Source of the DNA: Promethearchaeota archaeon
Lineage (GTDB): Archaea > Asgardarchaeota > Lokiarchaeia > Sigyniarchaeales > SOKP01
Length of the DNA stretch: 10,583 nucleotides
Assembly: GCA_013375475.1 (NCBI GenBank)
Contig: JABXKD010000105.1
Coordinates: forward strand, 1 to 10,583
Reading direction: 5' to 3'
Shown one piece after another: positions 1 to 7,998 of the stretch (positions within the stretch are counted from its first letter, which is position 1; every line of letters begins with the position of its first letter). A program made the translations under genes and the position numbers. Below the pieces are notes generated by a model. The model made no database searches and was not told the DNA's origin. It saw nothing but the letters and a program-made list of their open reading frames with translations.

Positions 1-656
1 AAATATCTTTCCGATAATAAACCTCCGCATAGAGTACCATATGCCAGGAGTTTAATATTATATTTTTTGCATATTGGAGCCATCAGTAGCTCTGGCCTCC
101 TGTCTACTAACGAATATTGAACTTGATTTGAAACGATATTAATTCCCATTTCTAAGAATTCTTCAGTATGTTCCGTGTCGAAATTAGTTAATCCTAAGGT
201 TGATAATACTCCGTCTTTCTGCAAATCATCTAAAAATGAAATTGCTTTAAGATAGTTCTTATCTTGATAATCCCACCAGTGAAATTGGAGCATATCTAAA
301 ACTTCCATTCCCATTCTTTTTCGAGAAATATCAATAGCCTTATTAACTAGTTCTCTTGTGATTTTTTGAGGTCTGGGCACCCATTTTGTAAAAAATTTTA
401 TATCCTCGAGGGAGGCTTCTTTTTGTTCATTAATTCTCTGCTCTCTGAAAATTTTAACAAAATCTTCAGCGGGACCGTAATGATCTGCTAAGTCCCAAGT
501 TGTAAATCCGTTATCTACATGCAAATTCATACTTTTTATTGCTTTATTTTTATTAATATAACCATGAGCTCCAGAAACTTGCCACATCCCGTTTAGAATA
601 CGGCAGATTTTAAGATTTGGGGTCAAAAATATTTTAGATTCCAGCGGTAAATTCAT
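1..656 (-). CDS. Aldo/keto reductase family protein (3' end runs off the window)
   Basis: Manual translation from ATG at 656: MNLPLESKIFLTPNLKICRILNGMWQVSG...GFTTWDLADHYGPAE...FFTKWVP...LDMLQFHWW...LGLTNFD...SNQVQYSLVDRRP...LLAYGTLCGGLLSERYF. The AKR tetrad (D, Y, K, H) and the NQVQYSL motif are present. An AGAGGA SD-like motif lies just upstream on the minus strand. Not in the ORF track because it is open at the edge. Confidence 0.92.
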   Translation of the reverse strand, partial: MNLPLESKIFLTPNLKICRILNGMWQVSGAHGYINKNKAIKSMNLHVDNGFTTWDLADHYGPAEDFVKIFREQRINEQKEASLEDIKFFTKWVPRPQKITRELVNKAIDISRKRMGMEVLDMLQFHWWDYQDKNYLKAISFLDDLQKDGVLSTLGLTNFDTEHTEEFLEMGINIVSNQVQYSLVDRRPELLMAPICKKYNIKLLAYGTLCGGLLSERY

Positions 657-809
657 AAAAATCCTCTTTTAAGTTGTTAATTCAATTATAATTAGTAAAA
701 ATGGTAAAGCTAAATTAAAAGAACTCTATAAAAATTATAAGATTTTGAATTAATAGCTTATAATAGAAAACTTTTTTTTGATTTTGATATACTAATTCTT
801 GGTTTTTTT

Positions 810-1550
810 ATGCTAGAGAATAAAGTCATAGTAATATTGGGGGCTACAGGAGGGATAGGTTCCGCAGTTGCTGAAAAAGCATCCAAGCTGGGCGCGAAAT
901 TAGTTCTAGTTGCTAGAAATTTAGCTGATTTGAAAGAGTTGGAAAATAGTTTGCAACATAGTATTTCAATTCAAGCAGATGTTACTAATTCCAATGATTT
1001 AAAGAGAATGGTAGAGGAAGTGGAAAGCAAATTTGGTAAAATAGACGTTTTAATACACGCCGTAGGATCCATTGTATTAAAACCGATCCATGTGCTAAAA
1101 ATTGAGGAATTTGAAGAAATTATAAAAATAAACCTAACTTCTGCGTTCTTGGCGATAAAGGCTGTTATAAGAGGAATGATAAGGAATAAAAGTGGATCCA
1201 TAATCGTTATCTCATCTGTAGCGGGATCAAAAGGGTTAAGGAATCATGAAGCGATTAGTGCCGCAAAAGGAGGTCTTGAAAGCATGATAAGGTCTGCAGC
1301 TAACACTTATGCTTCTAAAGGTATCAGATTCAATGGAGTTGCCTTAGGATTAGTTGATACGCCGTTAGCTGCCGGAGCTAAATTAACTACAAATGAGAAA
1401 GCTTTAGAAATTTCAAACAAAATGCATCCTTTAGGAAGAATTGGAAAACCTGAGGATATTGTGTATGCTATTTTATATTTAGCTTCAGATAATTCATCAT
1501 GGGTCACTGGAGCAATATTACCGATTGATGGGGGATTATCTGTAAATTAA
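810..1550 (+). CDS. Short-chain dehydrogenase/reductase (SDR), atypical active site
   Basis: Rossmann GATGGIG, ADVT, ISSVAG, and C-terminal HPLGRIGKPEDI...SSWVTGAILPIDGG. The YxxxK motif reads I149-SAA-K153. Confidence 0.93.
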   Translation: MLENKVIVILGATGGIGSAVAEKASKLGAKLVLVARNLADLKELENSLQHSISIQADVTNSNDLKRMVEEVESKFGKIDVLIHAVGSIVLKPIHVLKIEEFEEIIKINLTSAFLAIKAVIRGMIRNKSGSIIVISSVAGSKGLRNHEAISAAKGGLESMIRSAANTYASKGIRFNGVALGLVDTPLAAGAKLTTNEKALEISNKMHPLGRIGKPEDIVYAILYLASDNSSWVTGAILPIDGGLSVN

Positions 1551-1551
1551 A

Positions 1552-1830
1552 TTAAAATTGGGTTTTTTGCCATCTCTTAATTATTTCAAATGAATTTTCT
1601 AGATGATCTTTAATAACAAGGTAAAGCTCATCGTAAGATTTTACCATAATTAAAGGTCTAAAACGCAATAAAAAATTGTTATCAATAAAATTAACAAGGT
1701 TATCTCTTTTTTTTGGATCTAAATTGTTCCACAAATTTTTAATATAAATTATTCTTCTGTTTTTTTCTTCAATTAATTTACTATAAAACCACTCTTCAAA
1801 AGACTTTAAGTCCCTTAACGAATAAACCAT
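1552..1830 (-). CDS. Hypothetical protein (about 92 aa)
   Basis: Open frame filling the gap between the SDR and fasciclin genes, ending in TAA one base from the SDR stop. ATG at 1830 preferred over TTG at 1833. No recognisable motif. Confidence 0.6.
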   Translation of the reverse strand: MVYSLRDLKSFEEWFYSKLIEEKNRRIIYIKNLWNNLDPKKRDNLVNFIDNNFLLRFRPLIMVKSYDELYLVIKDHLENSFEIIKRWQKTQF

Positions 1831-1907
1831 CAAATAATAAAAAATAGTGAGGCTATTTATAGTAGCTTTTTCAAAAAAATAGTTATAACAATATACCGAA
1901 CAAAGTT

Positions 1908-1929
1908 AAAAAAAAAAAAGAATAAAAAA
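1908..1929 (-). terminator. Oligo-T terminator for the fasciclin gene
   Basis: Long A runs on the + strand (T runs on the - strand) 30-50 nt downstream of the fasciclin stop codon. Confidence 0.45.
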
Positions 1930-1960
1930 ACATTTTAATATTAGACCACTTGAGAAGATT

Positions 1961-2359
1961 TTAAGAAGGTAATATTACCTTATCAATAACGTGAATGATT
2001 CCGTTATCAGTTTCTATATCTGCTTTAATAACGGTTGCATCGTTCACTTTTACTCCACTAGTGGCATCTATGGTAATTTCCTGTCCTTGTAGAGTCTTCA
2101 CTTTCATAATACCTGAAAGATCAGTAGATTTCACTTTTCCTTCAACTCCATGGTATAAAAGAATTCCTTTTAATTTTTCGGGATCCATTAATAAAGAATT
2201 CAAAGTTTCAGAGGGAATCTTAGAAAAGGCATCATCAGTAGGAGCAAAGATAGTAAATGGTCCTCCAGATGATAATGTATCTACAAGTCCAGCTACTTCA
2301 GCAGCTTTTAATAAAGTAGAAAAATTACCAGCTTCCTTAGCTACTTGTACAATATTCAT
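1961..2359 (-). CDS. Single-domain fasciclin (FAS1) protein, no signal peptide
   Basis: NFSTLLKAAEVAGLVDTL, H1 motif FTIFAPTDDAF, LLYH, H2 motif NGIIHVIDKVILP. The domain starts immediately after Met1. Confidence 0.95.
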   Translation of the reverse strand: MNIVQVAKEAGNFSTLLKAAEVAGLVDTLSSGGPFTIFAPTDDAFSKIPSETLNSLLMDPEKLKGILLYHGVEGKVKSTDLSGIMKVKTLQGQEITIDATSGVKVNDATVIKADIETDNGIIHVIDKVILPS

Positions 2360-2640
2360 AATTAATAATTAATAAAAAAGTAAACTATTTAAGAATTATA
2401 ATTATAAAATGTTAACAGAAAATTTCTATAAAAAAAGGTGAATTTTCTTATTTGAGCGATTATATCCTTACTAGATTTAAATTAAGCGACCAAAACAATT
2501 TACTATATTAATTCGTTTAGGCAACCAATAATTAATAAAATATAAACTGAAAAATTGCACTCTTTAGAGGCTTTAAAATACAAGTAATTATAGCTTTTTA
2601 GAATACATGGTAAAATTTAAGAAAAGGAATAGCAAAGAAA

Positions 2641-2841
2641 TTGAACCAAAAACGATTTAGAAATATTTTAAAGAAGTAACAGAAAAAAGTACCTATCTTA
2701 TTCTGGATGAGTCGGGATCATGGTGGAGTTCATGATAGAGCATGGGGTGAAAGAAAAATCTTTGGGAAAATAAGGTATATGACCTATGAAGGAATGAAAA
2801 GAAAATTTAAGGTTAAAAAATATATTGAAAGCAATTTATAG
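2641..2841 (+). pseudogene. phr: Class II CPD DNA photolyase remnant (N-terminus fused to C-terminus, internal stop)
   Basis: Frame from TTG 2641 reads [26 protein letters not shown]|[44 protein letters not shown] is the class II photolyase N-terminal motif. [27 protein letters not shown] is the class II C-terminal signature, as I recall it for the Methanosarcina mazei enzyme. TAA at 2677-2679. Confidence 0.9.
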
Positions 2842-2860
2842 AAATATTAAGGGTTGAAAA

Positions 2861-3853
2861 ATGAATAATAAGAATTTTTTAAAACCCAAAGTAGTAATTA
2901 GCAAATGTATTGAATTTGAACATTGCAGATGGAATGGAAATATTATAAAAAGTAATTTTGTAAAAGTTTTAAAAACATACGTAGAATTTCATCCAGTTTG
3001 TGCTGAGGTTGAGATTGGACTGGGAGTACCACGGGAACCAATCAAAATTATAAAATCAGAAAGATTGAAGTTAATTCAACCCGCTACAATGAGAGAATAT
3101 ACCAAAAATATGGAAAAGTTTGCAGAAACATTTCTTACTTCAATAAGTGATATAGATGGTTTTATTATGAAATTTAAATCTCCTTCATGTGGTCTTTATG
3201 AGACTAAATACTACTACGATGAAAAACCTGGTTCCGCAGTCATAGAAAAAGGCGCGGGGTTATTTGGAAAAGCTGTATTGGATAAATTTCCTAATCTATC
3301 AATAGAAACTGAGGGAAGATTAATGAATCTTCGAATTAGAGAGCATTAGCTTACTAAAATGTACGTTTTAAGGTACTTCCGAACAATAAAGGACTCAGAA
3401 TCTTATAAAAGTCTGGTTGATTTTCATTCCCGAAACAAATTACTACTTATGGCATACAATCAGAATTTAATGAGGAAAATGGGAAAGATTGTAGCAAACC
3501 CAATAAAAGTGAATTTTTATTCCGTTGTTGAGGAGTACGAAAAGCTCTTAATCCAATCGTTAAGTCAACCCCCTGAGTATACTTCGCACATAAATGTATT
3601 GATGCATGCGTTTGGATACTTTAAAAAAATGTTAAGTAATCAAGAAAAAGCTTTTTTTTTAGATGAGCTTAAGAAGTACAGGACAGGATGGATTCCTATA
3701 TTTGTCATAAAGGAATTGATTAAATCCTGGATTGTTCGAAATGATGAACCGTATTTAAAGCGACAATCATATTTTAATCTATATCCCCCCGAGTTGATGA
3801 ATTTCGATATGAAAGATACTTGGAGAGGAAGATCCTATTGGGAAAAAAAGTAA
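2861..3853 (+). pseudogene. DUF523 (TudS thiouracil desulfidase)-DUF1722 (YbgA) fusion, RudS-like, interrupted by an in-frame TAG at 3347-3349
   Basis: ORFs 2861-3349 and 3359-3853 are in the same frame, with the junction REH*LTKMYVL. The N-half has SKC16..C22RWNG, C47AEVEIGLGVPREP and KSPSC110G (DUF523). The C-half has LVDFHSRNKLLLMAY, HINVLMHAFGYFKK and YLKRQSYF..YP (DUF1722). Read-through gives 330 aa. Could instead be two functional genes. Confidence 0.8.
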
Positions 3854-3865
3854 AAAATTAAAATG

Positions 3866-5122
3866 TTATTTTTGAATCTTAGCTTCGACTATTAAACCAA
3901 TGGGTTCAGCTTTTAGAGCTTTTTCTCTACCATCATATCCGAATTTTAATACCTTAAAACCAATAAGAAATGGTATAAGACTTAATAAACTCAGAACTAC
4001 TGCATATGGAATAGTTACAGCAAAAGAAAGTAAGACTCCACCGACAATTGGTCCTATAATTTGAGTTAGATTGTCTATTCCCGTAGTAATTCCCATTATT
4101 TTGCCTTGGTTTTGACTATCTACAGAACGACTAATAAATCCAGTGATGATTCCCTGAGACATTGACCCCGCAAAACTAATAAAAAACAACAAAATTACTA
4201 ATTCCCAGACTTGAGTTACCATTCCGAAGAATAAATATGCAACTATGTAAGTTCCTAATCCTAAGAGGGCAGTAATTGGGTCTCCAATTAATTTTCTAAC
4301 TCGATTGAATATCAATACCCTAAATATGATTTGATATATGCCTAAAAGCGCCAATAGAATTCCTACTACAAATGGATTTAATCCAAGTCGAATACCCGCG
4401 AATATGCTAAAGGTTGTTTGAAGAATTCCACCCGTGATTGCAATAAAACTATACTGAATGACGAGTGTTAAAGTTTTATTATTTTTCCAAATCGAAATCG
4501 ATTTCTTATTCAAATCAGGAGTTTCTATAACAACATCCTGCCATTTTGAATGAACTTTTTTAGGCAAGCTCTCTTCTAAATAGACTGTAGTGTAAACCAA
4601 GGAAAAACCTGTGAGAATAGCTGCAAGAATACCCGGCCAAATTAGACCGTAAGGTGATAATAATCCACCAATTGCGGGACCTATTAAGAATGCCAAACCA
4701 AAAGCGATTCCAATATTGGTCATCTGTTTTGGTCGCTCCTTCGGAGGTACTACATCACCTATTATTGCTTTTGCTATTGGAAATTGACCACTAAAAACTC
4801 CATCTACAATTCTAGCGATAAATAAAAGTAAGATGTTATTGGAAATTATCAAAATAATAAAACCTACTAAGGTTCCTGCTAAAGAAATCAACATTACAGG
4901 TTTCCGACCGTAATTATCGCTCAATTTCCCAAGGATAGGTCCAAAGAAAAAGCCAAAAATTGCATTCGAACTTAAAAGAAATCCAATTATTACTGGTGAA
5001 CTATTGAATTCTGCAATAAAAAAAGGCAAAAATGGTAGTATTATACTAAAACCAAGAATGTCTACAAAAACAGCAATCCAAAGAGGAGTTAGTTTCTGAT
5101 ATTCAGACTTTATCTTAATCAT
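3866..5122 (-). CDS. MFS transporter, DHA1/TetA-like drug:H+ antiporter family
   Basis: About 12 hydrophobic segments, TM1 FVDILGFSIILP, motif A GKLSDNYGRKPV, ARIVDG, antiporter motif GPAIGG. Confidence 0.92.
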   Translation of the reverse strand: MIKIKSEYQKLTPLWIAVFVDILGFSIILPFLPFFIAEFNSSPVIIGFLLSSNAIFGFFFGPILGKLSDNYGRKPVMLISLAGTLVGFIILIISNNILLLFIARIVDGVFSGQFPIAKAIIGDVVPPKERPKQMTNIGIAFGLAFLIGPAIGGLLSPYGLIWPGILAAILTGFSLVYTTVYLEESLPKKVHSKWQDVVIETPDLNKKSISIWKNNKTLTLVIQYSFIAITGGILQTTFSIFAGIRLGLNPFVVGILLALLGIYQIIFRVLIFNRVRKLIGDPITALLGLGTYIVAYLFFGMVTQVWELVILLFFISFAGSMSQGIITGFISRSVDSQNQGKIMGITTGIDNLTQIIGPIVGGVLLSFAVTIPYAVVLSLLSLIPFLIGFKVLKFGYDGREKALKAEPIGLIVEAKIQK

Positions 5123-5327
5123 AGTTAAATAGGTGAAATTACTGTATTAAGGCTTGAGATAATAAAAAATCTAATAATTTTATATAAGATCAATTAAAAA
5201 TAGGAAAAAATCCAATTTCATTTCTTTTTAATAAATAGTTCTAAATTCTATCAGAATCTATATCTAAGTCCAATTAAAAATTGTTTAAATTAAATCCATT
5301 TTTATAGCAAATTTTAATAATTCATAA

Positions 5328-5341
5328 GAAAATGGTTTAAA
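5328..5341 (+). promoter_or_regulatory. Putative archaeal BRE/TATA promoter of the Staygreen gene
   Basis: Purine-rich GAAAATGG followed by TTTAAA (5336-5341), about 30 nt upstream of ATG 5370, with no SD. This fits a leaderless or short-leader transcript. Weak evidence in AT-rich DNA. Confidence 0.35.
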
Positions 5342-5369
5342 CTTCTTGCTGTAATACTCTATTATAATA

Positions 5370-5834
5370 ATGTCAGATTTAAATCCTGATAAATTACATA
5401 TCGTTTATAAAGATTCGATAGATGAATTAACTCTAAAAATACCTCGCAAATACACCTTAACTCATTCTGATTCAACTGGAGATCTTTTTCTTACGATAGG
5501 TTCAGAGTACGATTTTGAACAAATTTCAAGTCTTTACACACGCTTCATGAGGGACGAGGTGTTAGCTGAATGGCAAAAGAATAACGATCATTACGAATTA
5601 CACATATATATGCATGTTAGTGGAGGTTTTTGTTTTGGTTGGGCGGGATTACGAGACAGAATCTTTTGCTATCACTTACCACTCGTACTTCAGGCATTTA
5701 CATATGGTGATAAGAAACTTATTGAGGAGATGCCCGAAATCGAAGATTCTCAGATTATCGTACATTTTCAATCTAAGAACAAGAAATATGATAGAATCGA
5801 GACTTTTGGACAAATTAAAGAAATTCATTGTTAA
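5370..5834 (+). CDS. Staygreen-family protein (SGR Mg-dechelatase homologue)
   Basis: Signature PRKYTLTHSDSTGDLFLTIG, RDEVLAEW, LHIYMHVSGG, LPLVLQAF.YGD and VHFQS are characteristic of the Staygreen domain. Confidence 0.93.
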   Translation: MSDLNPDKLHIVYKDSIDELTLKIPRKYTLTHSDSTGDLFLTIGSEYDFEQISSLYTRFMRDEVLAEWQKNNDHYELHIYMHVSGGFCFGWAGLRDRIFCYHLPLVLQAFTYGDKKLIEEMPEIEDSQIIVHFQSKNKKYDRIETFGQIKEIHC

Positions 5835-5852
5835 GAATTATAAATTCTTAAC
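5830..5852. repeat. Perfect 10-bp inverted repeat overlapping the Staygreen stop codon
   Basis: GTTAAGAATT-ATA-AATTCTTAAC. Confidence 0.7.
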
Positions 5853-5944
5853 TATAAGGGATTAAATTTTATAATGTTTAGGGCTCAACTCAGTAATAAA
5901 ATATTACCAGAGCCTACTTAAGATTTATCTGTTTTATTAGTAAT

Positions 5945-6547
5945 ATGGATGCAATTAGTAAGTTAGTAGAACAAGGTTATAATAGAATCGCTGAAGATTA
6001 TTATAGCCATCGGAATTTAAGCAAATTCAATAATGAGTTAGAGGAATTTGCGTCTTTACTCCCAAAAAATGCTCATACATTAGATGTAGGATGCGGTGCG
6101 GGCATTCCTACTGCGAAATTCCTGACAGAAAGAGGAATTAAGGTAACTGGCATTGATTTATCTGATAAAATGTTAAATTTAGCTCGAGATAATGTACCAA
6201 ATGCTAAATTCGTTAAAATGGACATGATCAAATTAGAATTTAACGAAAACACTTTTGATGGGATAATAAGCGTATTTGCGCTATTCCACGTTCCTAAGGA
6301 AAACCATTACGATGTGTTTAAGAAATTTTTTGAAATATTGAAACCGGGTGGTATTCTAATGATAAATTCAGGTGTCTCAGAATCAGAAGGGACTAGTAGA
6401 TTTTTCGGTGTTCCAATGTTTTGGAGTAATTTCAGCCCAAAAACTACTCTAGATCTCGTGAAAAAAGCAGGATTCTCAATAATCTCAGAAGCTGTTTTAG
6501 AACGAGGGGGAGAATATCAATATTGGGTTTTTGGAAAAAAATCGTAA
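5945..6547 (+). CDS. Class I SAM-dependent methyltransferase
   Basis: Motif I LDVGCGAG, VTGIDLS, FDGIISVFALFHVP, LKPGG. Confidence 0.95.
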   Translation: MDAISKLVEQGYNRIAEDYYSHRNLSKFNNELEEFASLLPKNAHTLDVGCGAGIPTAKFLTERGIKVTGIDLSDKMLNLARDNVPNAKFVKMDMIKLEFNENTFDGIISVFALFHVPKENHYDVFKKFFEILKPGGILMINSGVSESEGTSRFFGVPMFWSNFSPKTTLDLVKKAGFSIISEAVLERGGEYQYWVFGKKS

Positions 6548-6585
6548 TCTTATTCTTAAACGATTAAAAAGAAAGATTCCAAGCT

Positions 6586-7866
6586 TTAAGTTTTTCTTAA
6601 CTCCTTTAACTTGTCTTTTAATTGGTTAGCACTCGTGATTAAAATATTTTGTGCTATAAAGGACATTTCTTCTTTAGCGAGTATTTTTAAAATTTTAATC
6701 TTTAACTTGTAGGCAACAACTAAATCTGCAGAGTTTTCATCTGAACCCTTTATTAAGACATCAAGAAGGTGAAGAGCTAATTGGAATTTTTCTTCTTCAT
6801 ATAACTGCTTTGCTCTATTAAAAAAATTAGCCTGATCGGTAATTTTTAGTAATTCTTTTGCAATTTCCTCAGATTTAACAGGAAAAAGATCAGTTGGATT
6901 TCCAGTATCGTACCAACCGTGGTAAAGCCTGTATACATCGTGTATAGCAAAACGATACTCTCCGTATAGTGGTCTCAAATACTTGTGATTTTTAAACTTC
7001 TCAGGGTAAATATCAAGCATCTCGTGGTAAGTTTCTTCAAACCACTTTCCCTCATTCAATCTTTTAACAACTTCGTCGTGAACAAAATGCAATGCCTCTG
7101 CTGTGATTGATAACGCCTCTCTGATATCTTCTTTTTGCTCAAATAGAAAGCCATGTCCAGGGACTAGATATTCAGCTTTCTTTTCCAGCATTTTTTCCAT
7201 TGCTAAAGCCCAATCTTTGGCGTAACGCTGGACTCGAAATGGACTACCAATATTTGGATATGTGCTTATCATCAAATCTCCCGTAAACAACACCTTCTTT
7301 GCAGGGAAATACATCCAGATACTATCGTCGGTTTCACCTTTGTCGTGATAGAGCTCAAAGATATAGTTGCCTAATTTAAACTCATATTTTTCATTACCGT
7401 GAATAATTATGGTAGGTTCAAGAGCACTTTGTACGCTTTCAGAATCTGATTGCATAACTCCTACCGAAGCAAACTGTTGTTTATAGGTCCACATCTGGTG
7501 TGCATCTAACATTCGATATTTTGCAAATCTTTTTACAAGGTTCTCATGCGCAATTACTTGGGGCATTTCCCACCCGTTTCTTTTAGCTTCTTCAATAAAT
7601 GGAGCGTAACCAAGGCAATGGTCAAAATGCCCATGAGATAAGATAATATATTTGACCTGTTTGTCTGAAAATTCTCGAACTGCTTTAAATACTTGTGGAC
7701 CAAATAATCTTAGCGCTAAATCGAATAGAACTAAACCCTCATCAGTTTTTACAACACCTACATTTCCGAAAGCGCCTATAAAATAACACAAGCCATCAGC
7801 GAAAGGTTTTCTTTCGAATTTACCACGACCGAAGAATCCTTCCAATCCTTTTTCGATTTTACTCAT
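6586..7866 (-). CDS. Metallo-beta-lactamase-fold hydrolase, alkyl/aryl-sulfatase (SdsA-like)
   Basis: HxHxDH (SHGHFDH), GETDD, FTGD, PGHG, followed by LRPLYG...YRLYHGWYDTGNPTDLFP typical of the alkyl-sulfatase dimerisation region. Helical C-terminus. Confidence 0.85.
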   Translation of the reverse strand: MSKIEKGLEGFFGRGKFERKPFADGLCYFIGAFGNVGVVKTDEGLVLFDLALRLFGPQVFKAVREFSDKQVKYIILSHGHFDHCLGYAPFIEEAKRNGWEMPQVIAHENLVKRFAKYRMLDAHQMWTYKQQFASVGVMQSDSESVQSALEPTIIIHGNEKYEFKLGNYIFELYHDKGETDDSIWMYFPAKKVLFTGDLMISTYPNIGSPFRVQRYAKDWALAMEKMLEKKAEYLVPGHGFLFEQKEDIREALSITAEALHFVHDEVVKRLNEGKWFEETYHEMLDIYPEKFKNHKYLRPLYGEYRFAIHDVYRLYHGWYDTGNPTDLFPVKSEEIAKELLKITDQANFFNRAKQLYEEEKFQLALHLLDVLIKGSDENSADLVVAYKLKIKILKILAKEEMSFIAQNILITSANQLKDKLKELRKT

Positions 7867-7998
7867 TTTTCAATCAAATTTTCAAAAATTATTTGATAAA
7901 GATAACAATTCGTAATAAAGTTTAATAAATGCAAGTAAAAGTACATAAGAATATAGGACATTACTCTATAATATCCAAAGAATATTAGTAGTGATTTA

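Noticed and set aside
971-1507. Minus-strand ORFs 971-1201 and 1307-1507
   Set aside because: Antisense shadows fully inside the well-supported SDR gene, with no motifs.
1995-2372. Plus-strand 125-aa ORF
   Set aside because: Antisense shadow of the fasciclin gene.
2607-2660. Short ORF MVKFKKRNSKEIEPKTI ending in TAG, with possible amber read-through
   Set aside because: It overlaps the photolyase relic in another frame, and the relic frame explains the region.
3866-5122. Calling the MFS gene tetA (tetracycline resistance)
   Set aside because: The motifs support only DHA1-family membership; the substrate cannot be read from sequence and there is no tetR nearby.
5614-5865. Plus-strand 83-aa ORF
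   Set aside because: Alternate frame overlapping the conserved Staygreen gene; no motif or start signals.
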